Source: Thermodesulfobacteriota bacterium (GTDB lineage Bacteria > Desulfobacterota > Binatia > Bin18). Taken from it: a stretch of 64,000 bases of DNA. Positions 9,869 through 19,814 of the stretch are shown here, piece after piece. Each line of letters starts with the position of its first letter. Positions within the stretch are counted from its first letter, which is position 1. The translations under genes and the position numbers were made by a program. The stretch is taken from positions 1,792,001 to 1,856,000 of the forward strand of contig OZ219926.1 in assembly GCA_964291405.2 (NCBI GenBank). Direction: 5' to 3'. Below the pieces are notes generated by a model. The model ran no database searches. It saw only the letters and a list, made by a program, of their open reading frames with translations, and was not told the DNA's origin.

Positions 9869-10542
9869 AGCCGGTTGAGAAAATTCCGAGTTCGTGGGGT
9901 ATCCTCTTCATCCGGTGTTTTCTTTAACTGCTCTGCCAGTTTCCGCATATCCTCCACGGTATCCACGTCGTACCAGCGCGGGATCAGACGTACATTCAGG
10001 TTATGTAAGCGGGCCTGTCTCAAGGTCTGCTGCATGACCTTTTCCGTACTCCACTCGATATGCTCAAACAGTGCCGGCAGCCCTGCCCGTCCAGCCTGCG
10101 CACCGATGCAGTAATAGCCGCCGTCACGACTCGGTCCGAGGACGGCATCACAGCCCGGGCTCTTCAACAGGTGGAAGGCTGAGCGGAGATAGGCGAGCGG
10201 TACGGAGGGAATATCGCTCCCCATGATTGCTACTCGCGTCGCTTTTTTCTCGAACAGATCAACAAAGATATTCAGCTCACGCTCACCAAGATCAGTACCC
10301 CGCTGCGGCAGGTAGCGGACGGAGGCAGGCAGCAGCGCACGAAAGCGGGCCTCGCTATCAGCCGGGGTAAAGGCGACCCAGACCTGCACCTCTTCGAGCC
10401 GTGACACTCGCTCAACCGTATCGAGGAGAAAGCAACGCGCCAGTTCCGCAGCCTGGTCGGGCCGGAGCGGCGGGCAGAGGCGTGTCTTGACCTGTCCGGG
10501 CAGCGGCCATTTGGCAAAGATCACCAGCGCGTCGGCAGCCAT
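9865..10542 (-). CDS. DUF2064/TIGR04282-type glycosyltransferase-like protein
   Basis: FAKWPLPGQVKTRL, QRGTDLGER, GSDIP, LGPSRDGGYY and WYDVDT. Confidence 0.88.
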   Translation of the reverse strand: MAADALVIFAKWPLPGQVKTRLCPPLRPDQAAELARCFLLDTVERVSRLEEVQVWVAFTPADSEARFRALLPASVRYLPQRGTDLGERELNIFVDLFEKKATRVAIMGSDIPSVPLAYLRSAFHLLKSPGCDAVLGPSRDGGYYCIGAQAGRAGLPALFEHIEWSTEKVMQQTLRQARLHNLNVRLIPRWYDVDTVEDMRKLAEQLKKTPDEEDTPRTRNFLNRL

Positions 10543-10616
10543 GCTGGGGTGTGTAGCGTGGATCGTTGTATGGGGCAAACGGACGCCACATGAGGAAGCT
10601 GAGAGCAATCTCCAGG

Positions 10617-11213
10617 CTAGGTCCGCTCCAGGCCGGAGAGTAGGCGCTCCAGTGAGCCCACCATCTCCTGTCGGGCGGCGGCACTATCCTCGGCATGGGC
10701 AATATAGATCCCCGCCTCGAAGCACATCGCCCAGACCAGATGGATCAACGGGTCAAGCGGCAGCGGGTCGATCACCCCCTCGGCCATCAACGGCTCGAAC
10801 ATCTGCTGCAGAAGCAGGAGAGCAGGCTTGGATTCTCGGAGGACCTGCTGGTCCAGGATTGCTGGTCCATCCACAAAGAGAATGCGCTGCACGCGCGGGT
10901 CTACGGCCTCGTCAATAAAGGCCTGACATACCGTGAGCACGACTTGCTGCCGTGGAGTGGTCTCGGCGACCTGGATGCGCTCACTGATGGCATGGGCTAA
11001 GGCGATACGCTGCTCCAGATGGACCGCTGCAAAGAGCGCGGCCTTATCCCGAAAATGATGGTACAGCGTGCCTCTGCTCACCCCGACGCGGCGGACAATC
11101 TCTTCGGTCGAGGTTGCTTCATACCCCTGCGTGGCAAACAACTCTCGAGCCACATCGATCACGGCCCTGCGCCGCCTTTGAGCCGATTCTTCTCGTGAAA
11201 TTCTCGCTGACAA
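10617..11213 (-). CDS. TetR/AcrR family transcriptional regulator
   Basis: ARELFATQGYEATSTEEIVRRVGVSRGTLYHHFRDK HTH. Confidence 0.92.
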   Translation of the reverse strand: MSARISREESAQRRRRAVIDVARELFATQGYEATSTEEIVRRVGVSRGTLYHHFRDKAALFAAVHLEQRIALAHAISERIQVAETTPRQQVVLTVCQAFIDEAVDPRVQRILFVDGPAILDQQVLRESKPALLLLQQMFEPLMAEGVIDPLPLDPLIHLVWAMCFEAGIYIAHAEDSAAARQEMVGSLERLLSGLERT

Positions 11214-11329
11214 AAACTACCCCCCTCCTTCCCGAAACGCGGCAACCTCGCCCTACTAACCAGGGGCGTCACATTCTTCGTGCCACCGTTTGTTGCGCGC
11301 TTATATACTCAATCCCGCCTCGCTTTGCG

Positions 11330-11349
11330 CCTGTAAAATTACGGGGATG
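11330..11349. promoter_or_regulatory. Palindromic operator copy A (CCTGTAAAATTACGGGGATG)
   Basis: Matches the copies at 12801 and 14364; upstream of tetR. Confidence 0.6.
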
Positions 11350-11480
11350 AGCAAAAAATAGAAAAAATTTCCGATGCTGCCGGATTGTTAAAGAAGAGGG
11401 CTCCAAGGCGGGACGGATAGGTCTCCGTGGGGGTCAGACGGGTGACTGGGTAGTGGGCCTGCCTCAGAAGATGTGCACGG

Positions 11481-12617
11481 TCAGGCGAACTCAGCGAGCG
11501 ACAGCACCAGCCGCACAAGGTCCGCCTGCCGGAAGAGGCCCTGCTTGTGGTATATCTGCCGGAGGTGCCAATGGATGGAGCGTTCCTGCCGCCCCGTCTC
11601 CACAGCAATCTCGCGTACAGTCTTACCTTCCGTCAACCAGACTGCTATTTGGCTCTCCGCCGGGGTGAGACCCAGGGTCTCGGCCACCAGACTGGGATCG
11701 ATACGGGATTGTCGCCCCGGCTCGACAAGCAGCACGAGCGCGGCGACGCGTCGGGCTCCGAAGTCCATCTGCGGAGCGACCACGGGTTTGATGTGTACTA
11801 CGAACGGCGGCAACATGGTCGCCCGGCGGAGTAGCATCGACCCACTGACGGCGACGGCACTGGAGGTCGGTAGTGCAGCGGCCACTAGCCGCTCAAGACG
11901 GACGTGGTCGTCCGGTACGCGAGCGCGCAGCACCCCACCACGGTCCGACAGCGCGTCGCCGTGTAGCAGGATGGTACGGGCACAGTCGTTCACTGCCACG
12001 ATCTGGCCACGCCGGTCCAGGTGGATGACGCCGACCCTGGGGTTGTCAAGCAGGTCGGTCACGGATGTGCCTAGGGCCTCGGTTTTGGCCAGTGCCTGCT
12101 GGACGCGGACAAATTGCCGGATATGAGGTAGCAGCCCTTTGATCGTCATGATCTGTGAGAACCCCCAGCCACCCGGGGAGACGGGGTCAGCGATGGCCCA
12201 GGCGATGTAGGAGCCGTCCGGCCCGTCTAGCCGCACATGCAAGCTGTCCTGAGCGCTGGCCCGGTGCAGTAGTTCGTTGTAGGTAGGGGAGGTCTTTAAC
12301 TCCTCGGCCGTGTACAGATCGGTGGTGTGCGCCAAGTGGCTGTCGGGCAGTTGCCGAAAACGCGGCACGCATTCGTCTATGGGGTGGTAAACGTCGAGGT
12401 ATTCGCGTTCCAGGTCTTCGCAGCGCTGCCCCCCGTAGTAGAGCCCCGCGGAGATGACCCGAATGTCATCCTTCGGGCCCTCACCGATCCCCAAGGCATT
12501 ACCCTTCGTGCCGCAGGCCTCATCAATCAGGGCCGAGGTTTCCTGCCACTGAGCCGGGTCAAGCATGGCGTCGTACAACGACACCAGGATGCCCTCGAAG
12601 GCGTCTTGGTCGCTCAT
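11481..12617 (-). CDS. LuxR-type HTH regulator with GAF/PAS-like sensor region (paralog 1)
   Basis: C-terminal GLTPAESQIAVWLTEGKTVREIA...HLRQIYHKQG..RQADLVRL; PAS-like VIHLDRRGQIVAVN. Confidence 0.88.
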   Translation of the reverse strand: MSDQDAFEGILVSLYDAMLDPAQWQETSALIDEACGTKGNALGIGEGPKDDIRVISAGLYYGGQRCEDLEREYLDVYHPIDECVPRFRQLPDSHLAHTTDLYTAEELKTSPTYNELLHRASAQDSLHVRLDGPDGSYIAWAIADPVSPGGWGFSQIMTIKGLLPHIRQFVRVQQALAKTEALGTSVTDLLDNPRVGVIHLDRRGQIVAVNDCARTILLHGDALSDRGGVLRARVPDDHVRLERLVAAALPTSSAVAVSGSMLLRRATMLPPFVVHIKPVVAPQMDFGARRVAALVLLVEPGRQSRIDPSLVAETLGLTPAESQIAVWLTEGKTVREIAVETGRQERSIHWHLRQIYHKQGLFRQADLVRLVLSLAEFA

Positions 12618-12800
12618 GACGCCACTTCCTGCAGCCATACTAGGATGAACGGTACAGAGGCACTCGCGGTACATGCGCCGCGCCATACTAAGCCGTGGGC
12701 TGAGCCCTGCCATCCGCTTCCTACCTGATTGTATGCCACCGACTCCCCTGATCTGACGCTCATAATACAGCGCATAGATAATACATCAGGGCTTTCATTT

Positions 12801-12822
12801 CCCCACTAATTTTACGGGGATG
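12801..12822. promoter_or_regulatory. Palindromic operator copy B (CCCCACTAATTTTACGGGGATG)
   Basis: Upstream of LuxR paralog 1. Confidence 0.6.
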
Positions 12823-12947
12823 GGTTCACAAATCCGTAATGCACTACTGGTATGTGGATGGAGGCAAACCGTAAGGTGGGTAGATCAACGTGGGGAGGGA
12901 GGCGGACGGCCAGAGGGGCGGGGGCACCCCCGGAGACCCACGCACGG

Positions 12948-14087
12948 TCAGGCGAACTCGGCGATAGACAGCACCAGCCGCACCAAGTCCACCTGCCGGG
13001 AGATACCCTGCTTGTCGTAGATCTGCCGCAGGTGCCAATGGATAGAACTTTCTTTGCATCCCGTCGCCTCGGCAATGTCGCGTACGGTTTTACCTTCCGC
13101 CAACCAAGCGGCTACCTGGCTCTCCATCGGTGTCAGTCCCAGGGTCGTAGCCACCAGGCCGGGATCGATGCGGGACACGTGCCCCGGCTCGGTAATCAGC
13201 ACCAGGACGGCAACGGACCGAGCCCCACCAAAGTCCAACTGCGGGACGCCCACGGGTTTGACGTGCACCACGAACGGCTGCAACATGGCCGTCCGGTGGA
13301 GTAGCATAGACCCACTGACGGCGACGGCCTTAGAGGTCGGTAGTGCGTCGGCCACTAGCCGCGCGAGACGGGTACGGTCGGCCGGCAGGCGGGCTCGCAG
13401 CACCCCGCCCCGGTCCGACAACGCGTCGCCGTGCAGCAGGATGGCCCGGGCCCGGTCATTCGCCGCCACAATCCGTCCCCGCCGGTCCAGGTGGATGACC
13501 CCAATTCGAGGGTTGTCGAGGAGTTCGGTCACGGACGTATCTAGCGCTCCGGCGCCAGCCAGCGCCTGCCGGACGCGGACAAATTGTCGGATGTGGGGCA
13601 GCAGCCCTTTAAACAGCATGGTCTGTGTAAATTCCCAGCCATCTGGGGTAACGGGATCAGCGGTAGCCCAAGCGATGTGGGAGCCATCCGGCTCGACCAA
13701 GCGCACGTGCAGGCCATCCTGGCCGCGAGCCCGAGACATCATCTCGTTGTAGGTGGGGGAGGTCTTCAACTCCTGTTCGGTGTACAGGTCGGTAACGTGT
13801 ACGAGGTGGCTGTCGGGCAGTTGCCTGAAGCGTGGCACACGTTCGTCTATAGGGTGGTAAAGCTCAAGGTACTCGCGCTCCAGTTCTTCATGGCGCTGCC
13901 CCCGGTAGTAAAGCCCAACGCTGATGACCCGGATGTCGTCCTTCGGACCTTCGCCGACCGCCAGAGCATTGCCCTGCATGCCGCAGGCCTCATCGATCAG
14001 GACGGAGGTGGCCGGCCACAGGGCATCGTCGAGCATGGCAGCGTATAACGACGCCAGGATGCGCTCGAAGGCGTCTTGGTCGCTCAT
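12948..14087 (-). CDS. LuxR-type HTH regulator with GAF/PAS-like sensor region (paralog 2)
   Basis: Colinear and highly similar to 11481-12617 (MSDQDAFE...LSIAEFA). Confidence 0.88.
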   Translation of the reverse strand: MSDQDAFERILASLYAAMLDDALWPATSVLIDEACGMQGNALAVGEGPKDDIRVISVGLYYRGQRHEELEREYLELYHPIDERVPRFRQLPDSHLVHVTDLYTEQELKTSPTYNEMMSRARGQDGLHVRLVEPDGSHIAWATADPVTPDGWEFTQTMLFKGLLPHIRQFVRVRQALAGAGALDTSVTELLDNPRIGVIHLDRRGRIVAANDRARAILLHGDALSDRGGVLRARLPADRTRLARLVADALPTSKAVAVSGSMLLHRTAMLQPFVVHVKPVGVPQLDFGGARSVAVLVLITEPGHVSRIDPGLVATTLGLTPMESQVAAWLAEGKTVRDIAEATGCKESSIHWHLRQIYDKQGISRQVDLVRLVLSIAEFA

Positions 14088-14363
14088 GACGCCGCTTCCT
14101 TTGGCAATATCAAGATGAGCAGCGCGAGGACGCTCACGGTATATGCGCCATACCGGACCGAGCCGCGGGCTGGACGCGGCGCACCCTCGAGCCCGTGCCC
14201 GGAACCTGCCCGCCATCCGCTTCCTACCTGGCTGTATGCCATCGGTTTCTCCTGACGCCTCGATCCCGAGGAGGCCGTAGAGAGAACACAAATCACTGGT
14301 ACCTCACTCATGATACAACGCAGAGAATGCAGGGTAAGTATAGAAAGTCGGATTTCTCATTTC

Positions 14364-14384
14364 TTCCGTAATTTTACGGGGATA
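14364..14384. promoter_or_regulatory. Palindromic operator copy C (TTCCGTAATTTTACGGGGATA)
   Basis: Near-perfect palindrome CCGTAA-TT-TTACGG upstream of LuxR paralog 2. Confidence 0.62.
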
Positions 14385-14487
14385 GCCTCGAAAAACCGGA
14401 ATACACCGCCTGTACACAGATGAAGGCAACCAGACGGTGCGACAGGGTCAGATAGGGATAGGGCGTCCCTGCTCCGCGTGCTTTCGC

Positions 14488-14516
14488 TTGACACTCTCCG
14501 AGCCCCTCAGTATCGT
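14488..14516 (+). promoter_or_regulatory. Sigma70-type promoter of the NUDIX-LLM-amidohydrolase-PhyH operon
   Basis: TTGACA-17 nt-TATCGT just upstream of ATG 14526 (possibly near-leaderless). Confidence 0.5.
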
Positions 14517-14525
14517 TTCGTCCAC

Positions 14526-15044
14526 ATGAGCGCTGCCGAGGAAATCGTTGCCATCGTTGATGAAAACAATACCGTGGTGGGCTCCGCTCCTCGGAGAGAA
14601 ATGCGCGCCAAGGCCCTGCCTCATCGGGCCACGTATGTGCTGGTCTTTAACTCGCGCGGCCACCTCTACGTCCAGAAACGGACCCTGACCAAGGATGTCT
14701 TTCCCGGTTATTACGACCCGGCCGCGGGCGGGGTCGTGTTGGCGGGCGAAGAATACGAACAGGGCGCTGTGCGCGAGGTCGAAGAAGAGATGGGCGTCCG
14801 AGGAGTGCCCTTGACGCCTCTCTTTCGGTTCTATCATCAGGATGCGCGTAACCGGGTGTGGGGCGCGGTCTTCTCGTGCGTGTACGATGGTGAGATTGTC
14901 CTGCAGGAAGAAGAAGTCGAGAGTGGCGCGTTTATGGCCGTGCCTGATATTCTGCACCTGGCACAGACCGAGCCGTTCACACCGGATGGCCTGTACGTGT
15001 TGAAGCGCTATCTGGCTGAGTGTCAGGCCCAGGGCGGAGCATGA
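14526..15044 (+). CDS. yfcD: NUDIX hydrolase YfcD-like
   Basis: HRATYVLVFN, VQKRTLTKD and GGVVLAGEEYEQGAVREVEEEMG Nudix box. Confidence 0.85.
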   Translation: MSAAEEIVAIVDENNTVVGSAPRREMRAKALPHRATYVLVFNSRGHLYVQKRTLTKDVFPGYYDPAAGGVVLAGEEYEQGAVREVEEEMGVRGVPLTPLFRFYHQDARNRVWGAVFSCVYDGEIVLQEEEVESGAFMAVPDILHLAQTEPFTPDGLYVLKRYLAECQAQGGA

Positions 15045-16075
15045 AATTCGGACTGATTTTCACCCTCCAGGACCCGCCCCACGGGGAGCACCTGTCCCGG
15101 CTCTATGACGAGGTGTTTGCTCAGGCGGCCCTGGCCGAAGAGGCCGGCTTTGAGTTGTTTCTCCTGCCGGAACATCACCAGATGCCGGACGGTTATATGC
15201 CCGCGCCCCTCACCTTTGCCGCGGCGCTGACGGCACATACCAAGCGCGCGCAGATTGGCACGGGCATCCTCCAACTCCCGCTGTACCATCCACTGCACGT
15301 TGCCGAGCAAATTGCCGTGATCGACACAATTGCCAAGGGCCGCTTTATCCTGGGTGCGGGCTTGGGTCTGGTTGAGCACGAATTCAACGCCTTTGAGGTT
15401 CCGTTGTCTGCCGCAGCAACGCGCTTTACCGAGTCGGTCGAGATTCTCAGACAGGCCTGGAGCGGTCAGACATTTTCTCATCACGGCCAGCATTTCAATT
15501 TTGACGATGTCACTATTACTCCTCGTCCCCTACGCCAGCCACCGATTTGGATCGGCGCCATGTCAACCATCACGCTCACGCGCGCCGGCCGGATTGGCGA
15601 CGGGTGGCTGTCGGACCCGCTCCACAACTTTGATGTGATGCGGGCCTGGTCCGAGATGTACCGGGCTGCGGCGCAGCAGGCGGGGAATCCACGGGTGGAA
15701 ATTGCCCTGCTGCGGAACGCCTGGGTCGGCGACAGCCAGGTTGAGATTGAGCAAACCTGGTGGCCACACGTCAAAGACTACCACCTTTTCTATCTGCGGC
15801 TAGGCTTTTTCGCCTCGGGCCGATTTAACGCTAAGTGGGAACCCTGGGTGAAAGAGGTCACAGCGGACGCCGAGTGGACATGCGAGCGGGTCGCACCGAA
15901 CCGATTGATCTACGGCACGCCGGAGCAGGTCGTGACCGAACTCAAACGCTACGAGCACGCAACTGGGTGCCAGTATATGATTCTCATGCTACGCTGCCCG
16001 AGCGGCCCTAGCCATGCAGAGACTATGCGGTGTATTGAGCGATTCGGTACGGATGTCTTACCGCATTTTGCATAA
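15041..16075 (+). CDS. LLM-class flavin-dependent oxidoreductase
   Basis: AEEAGF..PEHH, HPLHVAEQIAVID, GRFILGAGLG and PPIWIG. Confidence 0.9.
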   Translation: MKFGLIFTLQDPPHGEHLSRLYDEVFAQAALAEEAGFELFLLPEHHQMPDGYMPAPLTFAAALTAHTKRAQIGTGILQLPLYHPLHVAEQIAVIDTIAKGRFILGAGLGLVEHEFNAFEVPLSAAATRFTESVEILRQAWSGQTFSHHGQHFNFDDVTITPRPLRQPPIWIGAMSTITLTRAGRIGDGWLSDPLHNFDVMRAWSEMYRAAAQQAGNPRVEIALLRNAWVGDSQVEIEQTWWPHVKDYHLFYLRLGFFASGRFNAKWEPWVKEVTADAEWTCERVAPNRLIYGTPEQVVTELKRYEHATGCQYMILMLRCPSGPSHAETMRCIERFGTDVLPHFA

Positions 16076-16091
16076 GGGAGGGAAATACACC

Positions 16092-17300
16092 ATGCCAAAC
16101 GGACACGGATTCATTGATAGCGATGCCCATATTATCGAACCCGAAGATATGTTCGAGAAGTATCTGGATGCCAGATATCGCTCAGCCATGCCCAAGGCGT
16201 GGGCCAATTACCGGGGGGAACCGCTCGGCTTCGGCTTTGAGGTCAGGATTCCCAACCCGGATGGGGGTGAATATCTGATGCCGTTCGGGCGCGACCCGCT
16301 GCGGGACCCCACCCAGGCCGATGGAAAACCGCATAGCGGAGCGCAGGAGGCTGGCGAACGCGTTTTTCTACCGGGGAATGACGAAGCCTATGCTCAATAC
16401 GCCAAGCAGGACTTCCCGCCAGAGATCTACCCGGAGGTCATGCAGCGGGTCGGCATCGACTATATGGTCGTCTATCCCACCAACGGTCTCCTCTCGGTAA
16501 CGGTTCCAAATTTGGCGGCCGATACGGCTGCGGCCTATCGTCGGGCGTATAACAACTGGCTGGCCGACTTTTGCGCGGCTGCCGGGGGACGGGTGTTCGG
16601 GGCCGCTTCCATCGACCTGCGCGATGCGCAGGAGGCCGCCCGGGAAGTCCGCCGATGCGTCACGGAGTTTCACTTCAAGGCGGTTCATATTAACCCCGTT
16701 CCGGTATGTGAGCATCGCTTATATGACGAGTTTTATGAGCCACTGTGGGAGACGCTTGAGGAACTGGACGTGCCGCTCGCCGTTCATACCGGAAACGGTA
16801 CAGCCGCAGATGAGATGCTGTACTATTATCTCCCCCGATTACGCTCCGCCCAGACAACCGTGGCCTTTACGATTGGGAATATGCTGGCCAGCACCGCCCT
16901 GATCATGGGTGGGGTACTGGAACGTCACCCTCGGCTGCGCGTCGTGCATCTGGAGTCTGGCGCAGGCTGGGCCGCGTTTTGGCTTGACCGCTTGGGCGCC
17001 GGCGTACAGGGCGGCTTTCGCGGCCTTGCCATTGAGGGGCTCAGCATGCCGCCGGTCGAGTATTTCAAACGCCAGTGCTATATCTCGGCTGATCCTGACG
17101 ATCCCGGTATTCGGCAAGTCATTGACGCCATCGGAGATAATAATATCGTCACCGCAACCGACTTCGCCCATCCCGAGGGCCGGCAGTACGCCTGGGCGGT
17201 CAAGGAGATGATGGCCTTGCCGGGCGTGTCAGATGACAGTAAGCGCAAGATCATGTGGGATAACGCCTTGCGGCTGTATCCCATTCAGCCTGACGCATAA
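16092..17300 (+). CDS. Amidohydrolase family protein (Amidohydro_2)
   Basis: IDSDAHIIEP, YNNWLADFC, ERHPRLRVVHLESG, ATDFAH and IMWDNALRLY. Confidence 0.9.
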   Translation: MPNGHGFIDSDAHIIEPEDMFEKYLDARYRSAMPKAWANYRGEPLGFGFEVRIPNPDGGEYLMPFGRDPLRDPTQADGKPHSGAQEAGERVFLPGNDEAYAQYAKQDFPPEIYPEVMQRVGIDYMVVYPTNGLLSVTVPNLAADTAAAYRRAYNNWLADFCAAAGGRVFGAASIDLRDAQEAAREVRRCVTEFHFKAVHINPVPVCEHRLYDEFYEPLWETLEELDVPLAVHTGNGTAADEMLYYYLPRLRSAQTTVAFTIGNMLASTALIMGGVLERHPRLRVVHLESGAGWAAFWLDRLGAGVQGGFRGLAIEGLSMPPVEYFKRQCYISADPDDPGIRQVIDAIGDNNIVTATDFAHPEGRQYAWAVKEMMALPGVSDDSKRKIMWDNALRLYPIQPDA

Positions 17301-17311
17301 GGAGGACGATC

Positions 17312-18178
17312 ATGGGCGAACTCACGCGGCTATCCGCAACCGCGGCAGCAAAAGACCTCACCAGTGCCATTGAGCGTGATGGCGCGGCTATCGTTGAAAA
17401 TCTCATCGATGAGAGCCAAGTGCAGGCGACCCTCGATGATTTGATGCCACATATCGAGGCCACCCCCAACAGCCGGGATGACTTTGCCGGCTATCAGACC
17501 ACGCGCACGGGCGCTCTGGTGGCGCGTTCTCCGGCCTGTCGTGCCCTCGTCATACACCCCAGCATCCTTGAGACCTGCGACGCATTCCTCCTACCCAACT
17601 GCAACCGCTACCAGCTCCATCTGACCCAGGTTATCCGCCTGATGCCCGGACAAAAGAAACAGCCCTTGCACCGTGATCGTCTGGTCTGGGGCGATTATTT
17701 GCAGGGGGTTGAGCCCCAGCTCAGTACGCTGTGGGCGCTGACGGACTTCACCTATGAGAACGGTGCCACCCAGGTCGTGCTGGGCAGCCCGGCCTGGCCC
17801 AAGGGCCGCGAGGCCAAAGCGGAAGAAATCAGCTATGCGGAAATGCCACGGGGCTCGGTTCTGGTGTATTCCGGGACCGTTTTGCACGCCGGTGGGGCAA
17901 ATAGCAGCGCGGCCGACCGGGTCGGACTGAATATCACCTATTCGCTCGGCTGGTTGCGGCAGGAAGAAAATCAGTATCTCTCCTGCCCGCCGGAGATCGC
18001 CAAGGATTTGGACCCCACCCTCCAGGAACTCCTCGGCTATACCATGATGAGTTACGCCCTGGGCTATTTCACCCCACCCGACCTCACCAAGGGAGAGTCG
18101 GGCCTCCGTGCGCCGGAATTCGCCCTTGGCCGCCGGCCGCGGAAAAACAGGCGTAAACTTGAGCTCCCCGCGTCTTAG
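17312..18178 (+). CDS. Phytanoyl-CoA dioxygenase (PhyH) family 2OG-Fe(II) dioxygenase
   Basis: LHRD, TDFTYENGAT, HAGGAN and GWLRQEENQYL. Confidence 0.9.
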   Translation: MGELTRLSATAAAKDLTSAIERDGAAIVENLIDESQVQATLDDLMPHIEATPNSRDDFAGYQTTRTGALVARSPACRALVIHPSILETCDAFLLPNCNRYQLHLTQVIRLMPGQKKQPLHRDRLVWGDYLQGVEPQLSTLWALTDFTYENGATQVVLGSPAWPKGREAKAEEISYAEMPRGSVLVYSGTVLHAGGANSSAADRVGLNITYSLGWLRQEENQYLSCPPEIAKDLDPTLQELLGYTMMSYALGYFTPPDLTKGESGLRAPEFALGRRPRKNRRKLELPAS

Positions 18179-19584
18179 GCGGTTTTCAGTTTTGAGACGC
18201 CCTTGAGGCTGAGGTAGACGAGGAGGGCGGCGCTGAAGCCGGGGACGCTCTCGTTGATATACGAGTTCAGGCCCAGCATATTCCAGGCGACAACGGTTGT
18301 CCCACCAACCAGGGCGACGAGGAAAGCGCCCCATTCGGAGATACTGTCATTGAGAAGGCGCAGAACCAGCACGCTGCCAATGGACGCGCCCAGGCCCGCA
18401 TACGCAAAGGCGACCAGCGAAAAGATATTCTGTTCGGCAAACAGGGCCAGGAGCGTCGCCGCACAAGCTACGCCGACCGTACCCGCCTTGGCCTGAAAGA
18501 GAGATTGCTTCGGCGGTTCGGGCAGGTCGCGCATCAGGGAGGCCGAACAGCTCAGGATTTGCGAGTCGGCGGTGGACAGGGTGGAAGAAAAGGCACCCGC
18601 CAGCACAAAGCCCACGGCCAGCGGAGGCAGCATCTCTTTCGCTGACAAAAACAGGGCCAATTCGGGCTCGAAAGCGCTCATGTCTTGCAGGATCACACGG
18701 GTGCTCAGTCCCACCAGCGTGAACAGGATAATAAAGAGCGCTTCAAAGGTGTAGTTGGCGATAATGAATTTTTTGGTGTCCTGGGCGTTTTTCAAAGCCA
18801 TGGCGCGAATGAGGATGTGAGGCTGGCCGAGGACGCATAGGCCAAAACCCAAGGAGCCAAAGCAGAAGAGCATCCAGCCGGTATAGCCGCCAATGGAGAG
18901 ATTCTGAGGGATCAGGTCGGTGCCCGGCGCGGTCGCGTGAAAGCTGGCCACCAGGTTGGCCACCCCGCCTTCCTTGACCACGGCCATGACCAGGATAAGG
19001 AGCAGGCTCAGCGTCATCATGATGATCTGGGCGCTGTCCGTCCAGATGGAAGCCCGGATGCCCCCGGCCCAACAATAGAAGAGAATAATGGCCGTACTCA
19101 GCAGAATACCGACGTACAGCGGTTGCCCGAGAGCCACTTCGAGAGCCATGCCGCCCGCCTTCAGTTGGGCAGCGGCGTAGAAGCTGAGAAAAAACAGGGT
19201 TAGGAGACCGATAAAGCGGCGCAGCAGGACGCGATTTTCTCCGTTCCAGAAGGTGAGCAGCTCGCCGATGCTCAGAGCCCAGCCGCCGCTGTTCATATAC
19301 TGCAAGCGGTAGACGGTCAGGGCATAGACGAGAAAATGGCCCAACAGCAGGCCCAGGCCCAGCCAGATGACCATGGTCCCGTTGAGATAGGCCGCCCCCA
19401 TGAAACCGGCAAAAATAAACCCACTGTATTTACTGGCGCTGCTGGAAAAGGCCAGGCTGTAGGGAGAGATGGTCTGGCTGGCCAGAAAATAGTCCTCTTC
19501 TGATTTCCGACTCTCTCGGACGGCAAAGAAGCCAACCAGACAGGTGAGGCCGAGCAGAAAGAAGAGGAAGCCAGCCAACATCAC
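18175..19584 (-). CDS. Sodium:solute (proline-type) symporter
   Basis: DYFLA, AAQLKAG, GGIRASIWTD, GQPHILIR and STADSQIL. Confidence 0.88.
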   Translation of the reverse strand: MMLAGFLFFLLGLTCLVGFFAVRESRKSEEDYFLASQTISPYSLAFSSSASKYSGFIFAGFMGAAYLNGTMVIWLGLGLLLGHFLVYALTVYRLQYMNSGGWALSIGELLTFWNGENRVLLRRFIGLLTLFFLSFYAAAQLKAGGMALEVALGQPLYVGILLSTAIILFYCWAGGIRASIWTDSAQIIMMTLSLLLILVMAVVKEGGVANLVASFHATAPGTDLIPQNLSIGGYTGWMLFCFGSLGFGLCVLGQPHILIRAMALKNAQDTKKFIIANYTFEALFIILFTLVGLSTRVILQDMSAFEPELALFLSAKEMLPPLAVGFVLAGAFSSTLSTADSQILSCSASLMRDLPEPPKQSLFQAKAGTVGVACAATLLALFAEQNIFSLVAFAYAGLGASIGSVLVLRLLNDSISEWGAFLVALVGGTTVVAWNMLGLNSYINESVPGFSAALLVYLSLKGVSKLKTA

Positions 19585-19814
19585 TGTTCGTGATCCTATG
19601 CAATAGCACTTGGGTTGTCAACGGATTTTCTCATCGAGGAAACCGGCCCTTCCTGTTCGATGCACGGAAACGCAGAGTCTTTGAGGATATGGGGGCGTGA
19701 GGTTCGTCTGACTCTGGTCGTCACCAACCGATAGCGTGCCGGACTGTTATCTGATAGCTGGCTTTTGATCTGCCCGCCCCTCAGGCAAGTAAAAATTCTT
19801 TGGAGAAGTCCGCT

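Noticed and set aside
9865-10542. Arsenosugar biosynthesis locus
   Set aside because: No companion radical SAM, methyltransferase or partner glycosyltransferase nearby; arsC is 30 kb away
14088-14291. Long N-terminal extensions of ORF-track calls (also 51800-52066, 63010-63219, 4934-5077)
   Set aside because: Downstream ATGs have RBSs and match family starts; the extensions run through regulatory or repeat DNA
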